Shown here piece after piece: positions 24,601 to 37,100 of a stretch of 64,000 nucleotides of DNA. Numbering within the stretch: position 1 is the first letter of the stretch; the number at the start of each line of letters is the position of its first letter. This stretch comes from Mobula hypostoma (lineage: Eukaryota), in contig NC_086126.1 in the NCBI RefSeq assembly GCF_963921235.1, forward strand, positions 17,670,001 to 17,734,000, written 5' to 3'. The position numbers and the translations under genes are program-made. The notes below the pieces were generated by a model. It had not been told where the DNA came from. It worked only from the letters and a program-made list of their open reading frames with translations, and did no database searches.

Positions 24601-27230
24601 GCAGAATACGAGATAATCTGACCATGAATATAAGCTTTAAAAGTATCCCAAAGAATGTTCACAGAAATATCCTCTGTATAGTTGATTGTAAAAAAAAGAT
24701 CAATCTGTTCATTCATAAAGTTAACAAGGTCTGAGTCCTGAAGCAGCAACGAATTAAAACACCATTGTCTATTATTTTGTGTATTGACCTGAATTCTAAT
24801 AGAAAGCTTAAGTGGAGCATGATCCGAAATCGTTATACAGTCATAATCACAATTAATCACTGAAGAAATAAGACGAGAGTCAATAAAGAAATAATCAATT
24901 CTTGAATAGGAATGGTGAACATATGGAAAAAAAAGAAAAATCTTTTTCCTGAGGATGCAAAAAACGCCAAATGTCCGTTGACCCAGAATCAGAAAGGAAT
25001 GAATTAATCGAAGTTGCAGATTTATTAGGTAAGGTCCGTAGAGGAGCCAAATGGTCCAAAACTGGAGATAAGCAAGTATTAAGATCTCTGCCCCAGATCA
25101 ATGAAAACTCATTCAAATTCGGGAACTGATTAAATAATGATTTATAAAATTCCGGACAGTCCATATTGGGAGCATAAATGTTAACCAAAACTACCTTTTT
25201 ATTGAATAGTAGACCACTAACCAGTAGAAATCTACCATTCGGATCAGGAATAATATCATGTTGTACAAAAGTAACTGAGGAGTCTATAAAAATAGAGTCA
25301 CCTCGAATCTTAGCGTTAGAATTCGAATGAACTGTTGGCCCTTCCAGAATTTAAAAAAACGTAGTCTGTCCCCCCTCCGCACGTGGGTCTCTTGTAAAAA
25401 TAGAACATGTGCTTTAAGTCTCCGGAATACTTTAAAAACTTTTTTCCTTTTAATGGGATGATTAAGACCATTAGTATTCCAGGAGACAAAATTAATAATA
25501 GACTCCATAAACCCTAAAGTTAACCCGCAAAAAAGAGGATTGACGATAGGTTCGATCCACGAACCGGGAAAGGGAACAGAACAAACCAGAGATAACAGGA
25601 AGGAGAACGCAACCAATGCTTCAGTAACGTAAATAGCCCAAGAAGAAAAAAACTAAAACGTGAAGCCCCTCCCACCACCCCCCACCCCATGACCACAAGG
25701 CTAAATCTAAAGCAGACCCGCCAGAAAGAAGCAAGCACTAGAACTACCCCCATGACTTCCGATAGACGCTCACTAAAAAAAGTGTAAATATAAAAAAGAT
25801 CAGCTAGTTATAAAACAGTAAAAGAATAAAAAAAGTAGAACAGTTAAGACAAACACGATATAAAACAGAGAAAAAGGCAGAAAATATAAAGAAAACCATA
25901 ACAGACCACAGACCCTATGATAACCAAAAAAAAAGAAACAAAATTATTAATATAAAACTAGTTAGGAAAACCTACAGAAAAAAAGTACATTTAAAGACTA
26001 CGAAATTTAAGGCCTCAAAGGAAATACATGAAATGATGCTGAGGGAATAACCACCCAGAATCCGCAGGGAAAAAGAAAGGAATGACGCAGTTAGAAAGAA
26101 AGTTTGGCAACCATATTAATTAATCAAAAATAAACTTTTCTGCCCATATAAAGCAACCAAAAATTAAACCCGACAGATTCACAACCTCCGATCAAACGGA
26201 GATAATTAAAAATTATGATTAAGATGTTGAAGGTGAAAATTGATCCAGATAACTCTGGGCATCCAATGGAGATTCAAAAAAACGAAGGGTTCCGTCAGGC
26301 GTACGAATCCTTAAACACGCAGGGTAGAGCAGCGCTGGTTTTAAATCCATCTTGTAGAGTTCCGACATCACAGATCTGTAACGAACCCATTGATCCCAAA
26401 TCTGTTTGCTGAAGTCCTCCACGCATCAAAACTGAAGATCCAAAAAATCAATATAACCTTTAGATCGAACAAATCGAAGCAGTTTCTCCTTGTCTTGAAA
26501 GTAATGAAAACGTAAAATGACATGTCGAGGTTTATCTGTCTTGGACGAATATGATGGAACTCTGTGAGCCCGATCCAATAACGGTGGTTGGTCAGGAAAT
26601 ACGGTAGGAAATGCATCTTTTAAAAGTTGAGAAAAAAACTTTATAGGGTTGTCAGATTCAACAGCTTCACGAACACCAATAATTCGAATATTCTGCCGTC
26701 ACATTCTGGATTCTAAGTCAGAGTTTTTAAAAGTCAGAAAGTCCAGTTTTTTCTTCATTGAAGTAATTGTTTCTTCAATTTTCTCCATCTTGAGTTCATT
26801 TTGTTGCGTGGATTTTTGAAGATTAGATATAGCCGACTGATGTTCTGTGATAGATATTTGCATTTTATCGATTGAATCCGCAATTTTCTGGAAATTAATT
26901 GAAATTTCTGCATGAAATTTCCGTTATAGAGGTTGAAATTTCCCTTTGAATTAGATCCGATATAGCTTTCAGAGTCAACGGTGGTTCAGTCGGAGGGAGA
27001 TCGGTACCCTACGATCTAACCGGAGGTTTGCCGTCTTTCCCATTTTTTCCATTCTTGGACATAGCAGACGTTAAAAGCATCTGAATATCAAAAAGCCCAA
27101 TTTGTTTCAGATTATTGTAAAAGTCGATGCCTTAATGGTTAGTTAAATATAGCCGATCATAAGAAAAAAACTCAGAGGTAATGGAGCGAGTCAAGAGCAC
27201 GACTTCACTCCATGAGCTCTACTGGAAGGC
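21686..27230 (-). mobile_element. Full-length but inactivated L1-clade LINE
   Basis: 17-bp TSD TCTCTAATAATATTCTC at 21669-21685 and 27231-27247; ORF1 relic from ATG ~27062 (DLESRM*RQNIRIIGV); ORF2 from ~25508 (SWNTNGLN, RGTRQGCPLSP, YADD, HMFWSCP). Confidence 0.93.
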
Positions 27231-27247
27231 TCTCTAATAATATTCTC

Positions 27248-30200
27248 AAATAATTTCCCTAGCATTGATCCAAATCTCACCAGTCTATAATTTCCTGTTT
27301 GTCTCTATTGCCTGAGGAACAACATGCCCTGGAATATCAGCATCACTCCCTTCTCTGATCTCACTATCCTCCATGACCACATTGATGAATACTGATGAGA
27401 AGTACTGGTTTAGTCCCTCGCACACTTCAGTCATAAACTCTCTCCTCTGTGCTTGTGTTGTCATACCCTCTCCGCAGTGCCCCTTCTCACCAAAGTTATT
27501 CCTTCTCCCCGTTTCACACTTCTGATTCTCTCTCTAACTTCTCTCTTGCTTGCTTCATGTTGCCAGAGGCCTTCTCCAATTTCTACTTCTGAAATATTCC
27601 TTATCCTTCATTTTATTTCAGTCTGAATTCATAACATCTCTCACTATGTCCCTCTGCCAGACTTCACCATCCTTGTCTTTCCTCCTCATAGAAACAGTTC
27701 AGTCTGAATTCTGTTCAATGTGGACAGTTGCCATTAGCTGTACAATCTTGTCCTTATTTACTGTTCCCAAAATGAAACTTCTATCAATGGCCAGGCTCAT
27801 TTCCCAATACAATGTTTTCTATGATCCCCTTCCCGGGTAGGCTATCCACTTCTATGTTAAGAAATATCCCAGTATTCTTCTAACAAATTCAGTGATATCT
27901 AAGCCCCTGACTCTAAGGGAGTCGCAGTCAACATTTGGGAAATTTGTCACCCACTACAACTACCCTGTTGCTTTTACATCTTTCATTACCTGCTACATTT
28001 CTGTTCCTTTATCTCCTTCTGGCATTTGGGAGGCCTGTGATATAACCCCATCAGTGAATGCACCTCTCTTATCCTGAGCTCTATCCACATTGTCTCACTG
28101 GATGAAACCTCCAGTGTGTCCTCTCTTAGTCCCTCACCCACAATTCCATATAAAGGCTGATCTGCCATCAGCCTTCCTTGTATGTCAATCCCACTTCCCT
28201 GATTTTACAAAACATTTATCTTCCTTCTCTTTGAATCTTTTCAGTTATCGAGCCTCCCCATTCATCTCAGTTGGGGAATTCCAGTGTTTGTTATACTGTG
28301 TTTTTTTAATCATTTGTGGCCTTGTAGAACAGTGCAGGCGTGTACTTTGGTTTCCTGCAGTCCACAGTTTTGAGTGCCACAGTCCCACACAGTCATCAGA
28401 TTATGTAAAGGGAGAGGGAGTTTGAATGAAGAGAACATGAGCAGTTGGCACATTTTGCATGTCACAGTTCCCAAGGAAATGTTTGATTGCCCATAATTCG
28501 GAACGTGGCAAGATCCAATAAAAAGAAGTTAGATTTAAACAGAGCGGTCACTGTATGAGTGGGACAGAATTGGAGAGGGGACTTGAGGTTTCGTCTCTTC
28601 TGAGAGATGTAGGCCTTGGGTAGATATATTTTGATTTAATCTTTATTTCTTAGAGCAGAGGGGATGCCAGACAAGATACTTGTGTTGATGGAAGGAGACA
28701 GAGGGTGGTCATGGCAGCTTGTTATTCAGGTTGGAGGCCTCTGACCAGTGACAGTCACAGGGATCGGTGCTGGTACTGTCATTTGTCATCTACATTAACA
28801 ATTTCTCTGACATTGTAGTGACAGTGAGTTTGCAGATGACAGCAATGTTGGTGGTAGTGTGGACTGTGAAGATTGTGTGAGAGTACAATAGGATGGAGAT
28901 TAACTGGGGAAGTCGGCCAAAGAATGGCAGGAGGATGTTGACATGGACAATTGTGAGGTGTTGTATTATGAGAAGTTCAACCAGGGAAGGATCTGCACAG
29001 TAAATTCTTGTCCCTTGGAGAGTATTACAGAACAGATGGTCCATGAAATACAGAAACATCATTCACTGAATGTGACAACACAGGTAGTCAGGATGGTGAA
29101 GGTGGTGTTTGTCCTATTTGTCTTCATTGATCAGGGAATTGAGTAGAGAATTTGGGATGCCATATGACAGCTGTAAAAGTCAAAGTGAGACCAGGCTGTA
29201 TTTTGCACAGTTCTGGTCATCCAGTTGCAGGAAGGATGTCATGAAGCTGGCAAGTGTGGAGGGAAGTTTGATGAGGATGTTACAGACACTGGAGGACTTT
29301 ATCAGCAGAAGCTGGACAGACTGGGACTCTCTTTCTCTCTACTGAGAGAGTAAGGAGCTGTCTGGTGACCGTCCAGAGGTTTACAAAATCAGTAGGTGAG
29401 CACTTTTTGTGTCAGGGTAGGGAAGCCTAAATTTACAGGGTAATTGTTTAAGGTGAAGGGGAAACATTTAAAAGCTACCTTATGGGTGGGGGATGTTGCA
29501 TCTTTGATTAAGGAGATGAACACTGCAGTAATAAGAGGGGTTTTGATGAGGTCTTGTAAGTAGAGGTTTTAAATAAAATGGTGATTGATGATTTTGATGG
29601 GATTATACTGCTGGCCTCCCAACAGGCTCAGATATCGTGCAGCAGACATGTTGGTAAATCACACAGAGGGGTAATGGGAACAAGCTTACAGCAGTTGGGC
29701 ATTTCAACTTTCCCAGATTACCTTGTATGAAAAGTTTCAGTCTCCAGGAGAAATTTGGCAGAAACAGGATCGGTTCATCCCTCAGCAGAAACAGTATTTA
29801 AAAGGGAGGATGAGGCAAACATCAGTAACAACAGAAGACAAAGGCAGCATAAAAGAACATGAGAGGTCAAAGAATATCATCAAATTTAATGGGAAGGATT
29901 TTGAAACTTAAAAAATAAAGAGCACAACTATAATAGTAATATGCAGAAGTCAGGTGAATTATGAAAGTAACTGGCCCATAATAGAAACAAGATATAGAAA
30001 GATTTATTTTCAGATATATGAAGAGTAAAAGAGAGGCAAGAATGGACAAGGTTTTAGGTTTCCTATTCTCATCTTCAAACTCACAACCCTCCCTGATTCT
30101 CTTTTTACATGATTTAGTTTATTCTATATTTCTTATTTTAACCTTTTTTTTAGAAATTGCTCTGTACTGCTGTAGCAAAACAACAGTTCATGACATATGT

Positions 30201-30780
30201 CCGTGGTAATGAACATGATTTTGATACTAATCACCTTCACTGATCAATGCCAGTGCACAAAAGGTTTATTAATGAGTTGGAGTAACTTCCCTCAACTTTA
30301 CTTGGAAGGATGGTGCGGATTACAGGGTGCTCGTGATCACTTCGGGAAGAGGGTCAAGTGTGGCAAATGCATTTCAATACAGATAAGTGTGAGGCGGTGC
30401 ATATTGGAAAGTCAAACCAGTGTAGAACTTACACTATGAATGATCGGTCATTGGGGAGTGGAATGGGCCGGACAGATTTAGGGGTAAAGTGCACACACAG
30501 TTCATTGAAAGTTGTGTCACTGGTAGACAGGGTGGTGAAGAACGGGGTTTAGCATGCTGGCGTTCACTAGTCAGGGGATAGAGTATATCAGTTGTGACAT
30601 TATGTTACAGTTGTGTAAGTAACTGGAGGCCACACTTACCGATTTGTGTACAGCTCTTGTCATTGTTATAGGAAATGTGGTTAAACTGGGGAGAGTGTAG
30701 AAAAGATTGCCAAGGATGTTTCCCGGACCTGAGGTTCTCAGTTACACAGAGAGTTTGGCCAGACAATGTCCTTTGTCCTT
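27248..30780. mobile_element. Mosaic of old CR1 fragments with a short Rex-type tail
   Basis: Scattered CR1 EN/RT remnants (MWIELR, WQMHFNTDKCEAVHIG); boundaries approximate; 28230-28600 not assigned. Confidence 0.55.
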
Positions 30781-30846
30781 TATTCCTTGGAATCAGAATC
30801 AGATTTATCAGTGTTATATGACATGGAAGCTGTCGTTTTATTTTGA

Positions 30847-30970
30847 CAGACAAAATGCTGGAGGAACACAACAAGTCAGGCAGCATTTCCCACCAGAGTC
30901 CTGATGAAGGGTCTCGGCCCGAAATGTCGACTGTTTATTCTCACCATTGATGATGCCTGACTTGCTGATT
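30847..30970. mobile_element. Short foldback PLE derivative containing a hammerhead motif
   Basis: CAAGTCAGGCAGCAT pairs with ATGATGCCTGACTTG around the ribozyme core. Confidence 0.75.
30897..30932 (+). ncRNA. Minimal type I hammerhead ribozyme motif
   Basis: AGTC-CTGATGA-A-GGGT-CTCG-GCCC-GAAA-TG-TC-GACT: stem I AGTC/GACT, conserved CUGAUGA and GAAA, GUC cleavage triplet. Confidence 0.7.
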
Positions 30971-30992
30971 CAGAGAGAGTGTTTTAAAGCCG

Positions 30993-32076
30993 CAAACACA
31001 AGGAATTCTGCAGATGCTGGAAATTCAAGCAATACACATCAAAGTTGCTGGTGAACGCAGCAGGCCAGGCAGCATCTCTAGGAAGAGTTACAGTCGACGT
31101 TTCAGGCCGAGACCCTTCATCAGGACTAAATGAAGGAAGAGCTAGTAAGAGATTTGAAAGTGGGAGGAGGAGGGGGGAGATCCAAAATGCTAGAAGACAG
31201 GAGGGGGAGGGATGGAGTCAAGAGCTGGACAGGTGATTGGCAAAAGGGATATGAGGGGATCACGGGACAGGAGAACAGGGAGAAAGAAAAGGGGAAGGGG
31301 GAGGGAAACCCAGAGGATGGCCAAGGGGTATAGTGAGGGGGACAGAGGGAGAAAAAGAATGTGTGTATATAAATAAATAACGGATGGGTTCGAGGGGGAG
31401 GTGGGGCATTAGTGGAAGTTTGAGAAGTGAATGTTCATGCCATCGGGTTGGATGTGGAATCAAAATGTGTGGCCACTGGGAGATCCTGCTTTCTCTGGCG
31501 GACAGAGCGTAGATGTTCAGCAAAACGGTCTCCCAGTCTGCGTCGGGTCTCGCCAATATATAAAAGGCCACATCGGGAGCACCGGACGCAGTACATCACC
31601 CCAGCCGACTCACAGGTGATGTGTCGCCTCACCTGGAAGGACTGTCTGGGGCTCTGAATGGTGGTAAGGGATGAAGTGTAAGGGCATGTATAGCACTTGT
31701 TCCGCTTACAAGGATAAGTGCCAGGAGGGAGATCAGTGGGGAGAGATGTGGAGGGGGGGGGGGGAACGAATGCAGAGAGTTGGGGGAGGGAAAGATGTGC
31801 TTAGTGGTGGGATCCCGTTGGAGGTGGTGGAAGTTACGGAGAATAATATGTTGGACCCGGAGGCTGGTGGGATGGTAGGTGAGGACCAGGGGAACCCTAT
31901 TCCTAGTGGGGTCTGTCTCCGCTGCACCTGCTGTCAGGATGAGGCTTTTCATTCCAGGACGAGGGAGATGTCCTTTTTTAAAGAAAGGGGCTTCCCTTCC
32001 TCCACCATCAACTCTGCTCTCAAACGCATCTCCCCCATTTCACTCACATCTGCTCTCACTCAATTTTCCCACCATC
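30993..32076 (-). mobile_element. Neptune-type Penelope-like element, truncated, with inverted 5' segment
   Basis: GIY-YIG ORF 31435..31632 (VMYCVRCSRCGLLYIGET..RFAEH..VATHF); Cys linker PCKRNKCYTCP; 31911-32076 is the upstream coding part in + orientation. Confidence 0.88.
31092..31127 (-). ncRNA. Minimal type I hammerhead ribozyme motif, intact core
   Basis: Minus strand AGTC-CTGATGA-AGGGTCTCGGCCT-GAAACGTC-GACT with palindromic ACGT stem III. Confidence 0.75.
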
Positions 32077-32355
32077 TCCCTCTGTACCCATCGCGACCGC
32101 ATGCTCCCACTCCAAGGACAGCCGGGCATGTCCAAAGCAAACAAAACGGTAACAGCCACAGCAGCTGTTCATGGCAGGTTTGTGGGAGAAGTGAAGGGCC
32201 AGGTGAGACCCTGACGGGGAGGGAACGAGTTCATCTCCTGTCCCTCGCTGAATCAACCAGACGGCACAGAACAGCTGACGATCGCGGTCAGTTAATGCAA
32301 AACCGAACAACCCCATCAGGAGGGCAGATCGTCACTACAATAAATCAGCAAGCGA

Positions 32356-32396
32356 CAGCCCTTTCCTTTGCTGTGGTAGTGGCTCTTAAAAGAGCC
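32356..32396 (-). terminator. Histone 3' stem-loop and HDE (H3)
   Basis: Minus strand GGCTCTTTTAAGAGCC at 32381-32396, then GAAAGGGCTG. Confidence 0.95.
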
Positions 32397-32425
32397 TTTT
32401 CTTGTGCTTGGTGTGGAGGCCGGGT

Positions 32426-32842
<417 letters not shown>

Positions 32843-32904
32843 TCAGAACCGAGAACACAGGCTAAAATACAGGAACAAGATAGACGAAACGGGTTCAGGG
32901 ACAG

Positions 32905-33115
32905 GAATTTATACTTTTGGAAAGGATCGGCCCGTCAGCTTTGATTGGTTGAAACAGGTGTCTATTAAGGTTCCTTACTGCGATTGGTTAATTCATTTCC
33001 TGTAGGCTGGCGGCAAATAACAATTTATGACAAAATAGGAAACTGTTGACTGGCGGTCGGACTTCATTCATGCAGAGTGATTGGCGCAGAATTAATTTCA
33101 AATCGCCCGCCAATT
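32905..33115 (-). promoter_or_regulatory. H3 promoter
   Basis: TATAAA at 32908-32913, CCAAT at ~32944 and ~32983, GGCGG-N4-TTTGAA at 33097-33111. Confidence 0.7.
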
Positions 33116-33444
33116 TCAGAGCACCCAGCAACGGTGCTTGATTACATTTTATTTACAAGTAATTGTATGACGGATTATACAATTTCAGTTTCATTTAATA
33201 AATTTAATATCTAATTTCCTCAGTTAAGATTTAAATGCACAACTACGGAATCGTTCTCTAAACGAGTGAACTGATTTCTGTTCGAAACTGATAGAGGATT
33301 AAGATCGATCCTAATGCAGGTTTTGCGGTAATCACCGACTGGAAAGGCAGAATTGTAGTATGTTTCAAGCGGAACCGATCATTCTGTTTCAAATGCAACT
33401 GAGCTGAGTATAAATTTTTAAAAGTATCCAGAAGTCCGTGGATA

Positions 33445-33485
33445 CGGCTCCGTCTGTGAGGCGGTGGGTGGCTCTTAGAAGAGCC
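33445..33485 (-). terminator. Histone 3' stem-loop and HDE (H4)
   Basis: Minus strand GGCTCTTCTAAGAGCC at 33470-33485 followed by ACCCA. Confidence 0.93.
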
Positions 33486-33518
33486 TTTGTTTTGTGCTCG
33501 GGAGGAGGTGGGAGTTTT

Positions 33519-33839
<321 letters not shown>

Positions 33840-33884
33840 TCACTCAGGTCGCTGCTCACTGACAAACTGCCTGCTGCTGTCTCC

Positions 33885-34032
33885 TTTTATACACAGCGCC
33901 CCGACCTGCCCGAGAAACGCGCAGAGAGACAGAGGCGGGGAGGGGAGGAGACAGAGTCAGAGTGACGGACAGAGCCGAGACCGGCCTCTCATCGTCCAGC
34001 TCCGCCTTCACTTTACCACAACCGCCAATTTC
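33885..34032 (-). promoter_or_regulatory. H4 promoter
   Basis: TATAAAA at 33885-33891, CAGGTCGG (HiNF-P/site II-like) just upstream, GC boxes. Confidence 0.6.
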
Positions 34033-34164
34033 CAACGATTCATCCGACACAAAGCGCTCCAGCGAAAAACAAAACTCCCTCGCACACAGTCTGAAAAGAA
34101 CGAGAGCCAATGTCAGGCTAATAAACATGGTGGGCTGAAATGAGTTTATTTTAACACTAGGAGT

Positions 34165-37100
34165 ACTATGTTATCGGACGGACAGGGCTGGCAGCTCAAC
34201 ATTCCTGGGTTTCATTGTTTTACATGTGAGTGGGGGGTTAAAAATGCAGAGGTTACCTCATTGGGAATGTCACAGCAAACTGTTCATTTACAGAGGCAAT
34301 CTGCAGTTAGACTGATGGGATGTTTGTATTGGCTCCACAATAACCAGTGGGGGGGGGGGCGGGGGGGACTTTATCTTCTATAAAATTGACTGGAACTTGC
34401 TTAATACTAAGATGTGCAAGATTTGTTCAGTGAATCTGAGGAATGTTTGAAACACTATGTGGAGCCCAACCAGAGTTGAGAGCATGTGGGAATTAGTTTT
34501 GGGAAATGAACCAGGCCAGGCGACTGCCAAGAGTCAGTGAATGATTTGGGATCTTATATTTTTCTTAGTTATGAGTAAGAATAAAAGTAGATCTTGTATG
34601 AAGGTATTAAATTGCAGGAGGACAAGTCAGGATGGAGGAAGACAGAAGCCAAGGGACATTGATTGGGAGCAGCCACTGTCAGACAAGTCCACATCTGACA
34701 TGTGGGAGTTGTTTAAAGACCAGATTTGAGTTAAATATTGAGGTACAGGATTTATGCACATTTAGAAAGGCATGGTTTGCTTAGGGACAATCAGCATGGT
34801 TTTGTGTGGGCAGATCACGCTTGACAAAGTTGCTCGAGGTTTGTGAGGTGGTGATATAGACTATAAGATATAGGAGTAGAATTAGACCATTTGGCCCATC
34901 GAGTCTGCTCCAACATTTCATTGTGGCTGATCCATTTTTCCTCTCAGCCCCAATCTCCTGCCTTCTCCATGTGTCCCTTCATGCTCTGACCAATCAAGAA
35001 TCTATCAATCTCTACCTTAAATATACCTGAAGCCTTGGCCTCCACAGCTGCTGCCTGTGACAACGAATTCCACAGATTAACCACTCTCTCTAAAGAAATT
35101 CCTCCTCATCTCCATTCTAAAAGGATGCTCCTCTATTCTGCGGCTGTGTCCTCTGGTCTTGGACACTCCCATCCTCTCCACATCAACTTTATCACAGCGA
35201 TATATTCTTCCCTCATTGTTCTAAACTCCAGTGAATAAAGGCCCAGAGCCATCAAATGCTCTTCATATGACAAGCTGTTTGATCCTGGAATCATTTCAGA
35301 GAATCTCGTTTGAAACCCATCCAGTTTCAGCTCATCCTTCCATACAGGGCCCAAAACTGCTCCCAATACTCCAAGTGAGACTTTGCCAGTACTTCATAAA
35401 GTCTCAACATTACAGTCTTGTTTTTATATTCCAGTCCTCTTGAAATGAATGCTAACATCACACTTGCCTTTCTCAGCAGAGACCCAACCTGCAAATTAAC
35501 CTTTAGAGAATCTTGCACAATGATTCCCAAATCCCTTTGTACCTCAATTTTTTGTATCTTCTCTCCATTTAGAAAATAATTAACCCTACTGTTTCTTCAA
35601 CCAAAGTGCATGACCATACACTTCCCAATTCTGTATTCCATCTGCCACTTCTTTGCCCATTCTCTTCATCTGTCTGTCCTTCCCTATTTCCTCAAAACTA
35701 CCTGCGCCTCCACCTGTCTCTTCATATCATCTGCAAATTTTGCAATAAATCCATCAATTCCATCATCCAAATCATTAACCCTATAATATAAAACGAGTCA
35801 GACCCAGCATCTTGGTGCTTGAAGAGGGCAAGACCCATATTTAAAGTTTAATTTTAGAATTTTATAAAGTAAGCCAATGCCAGGCGCAGCCTAAATTGGA
35901 AGAAAGGGTGAAGCTTGACTCGATCAGAAAGAAAATCAGGATGATTGACCGAGAAAAACCCCTCAGGACTGCCCAGTTGAAAGAAAACTAACCTAATAGA
36001 TTGGCCCACCTCCCCCAAAAGCACAGAAACCATCCAACAGGCAAACGGCATGCTAATCTAATAACCTTTAACCTCGGTCTCCAGCTGGCAGCTCCTAAGA
36101 AGTTACCTCTGGTTTGTTGTGTGGTCAAATGGTGGCTTTGGTGTGTGTATATGCACCTGATATAGATAACCCTGAATTTTTTAAGAAGCTATTCTCTGTA
36201 TTACCAAATTTAAATGAATATAAGTTGATTATGGGCGGTGACTTTAACTGTTGTCTTAACCAGTCGATTGACAGATTGTCACTTCCTAATAAAGCTGTGA
36301 CTTGTATTAATTCTTTTTTATTAGGATACGGTCTGGTCGACATTTGGAGATTTAAATTTCCTAAAGAAAAAGGTTTTTCTTTTTTTTACATGTATACCAT
36401 AAATATTCAAGAATTGATTATTTTTTGTTGGATATGTGATTGGTGCCCTCTGTTTGTTGAGTGTGCATATGATGTGATTGCGTTGTCAGATCATGCACCT
36501 ATGAAACTAACTTTGGAACTCTTTGATAATATTCACATACCTCAATGGAGATTTAATATTTCATTGTTGCAAGATTCAACTTTTGTAAATTTTATTAAGG
36601 AGCAAATTACTCTATTTTTTGAATTGAATACAACTGAGGGAATGTCAAATTTGGTTATTTGGGTTGCGATGAAATCTTTTCTTAGAGGACAGATAATTTC
36701 ATATTCAGTAGGTTCAGGAAGGAAAACTAAGGTGGAACTTTTACTGATCACTCATAGGATTAAGGAAATAGATACTCTATTCAGTAATGCCTAGTGAAGA
36801 TCTCTTTAAGGAAAGGGTGGAACTCCAAGCACATCATGATTTGCTTTTGACTTTTCCCATTGAACAGCAACTTTTTAAATCCAAAAGCCAATTTTATATA
36901 CATGGAGACACGCCAGGCAAATTATTAGCCGGTCAGTTAAAGGCAGATATGGCTAGACGACAGATCCTGAAAATACGAAGTCCTGCAACAGTAGATTCTT
37001 ATGAAATTAATAAGATATTTATGGATTTCTACTGTAATCATTGTGAATCTGAATTTTCAGATAATATTACCTTTATGAATAGTTTTTTGCAGAAATTGAA

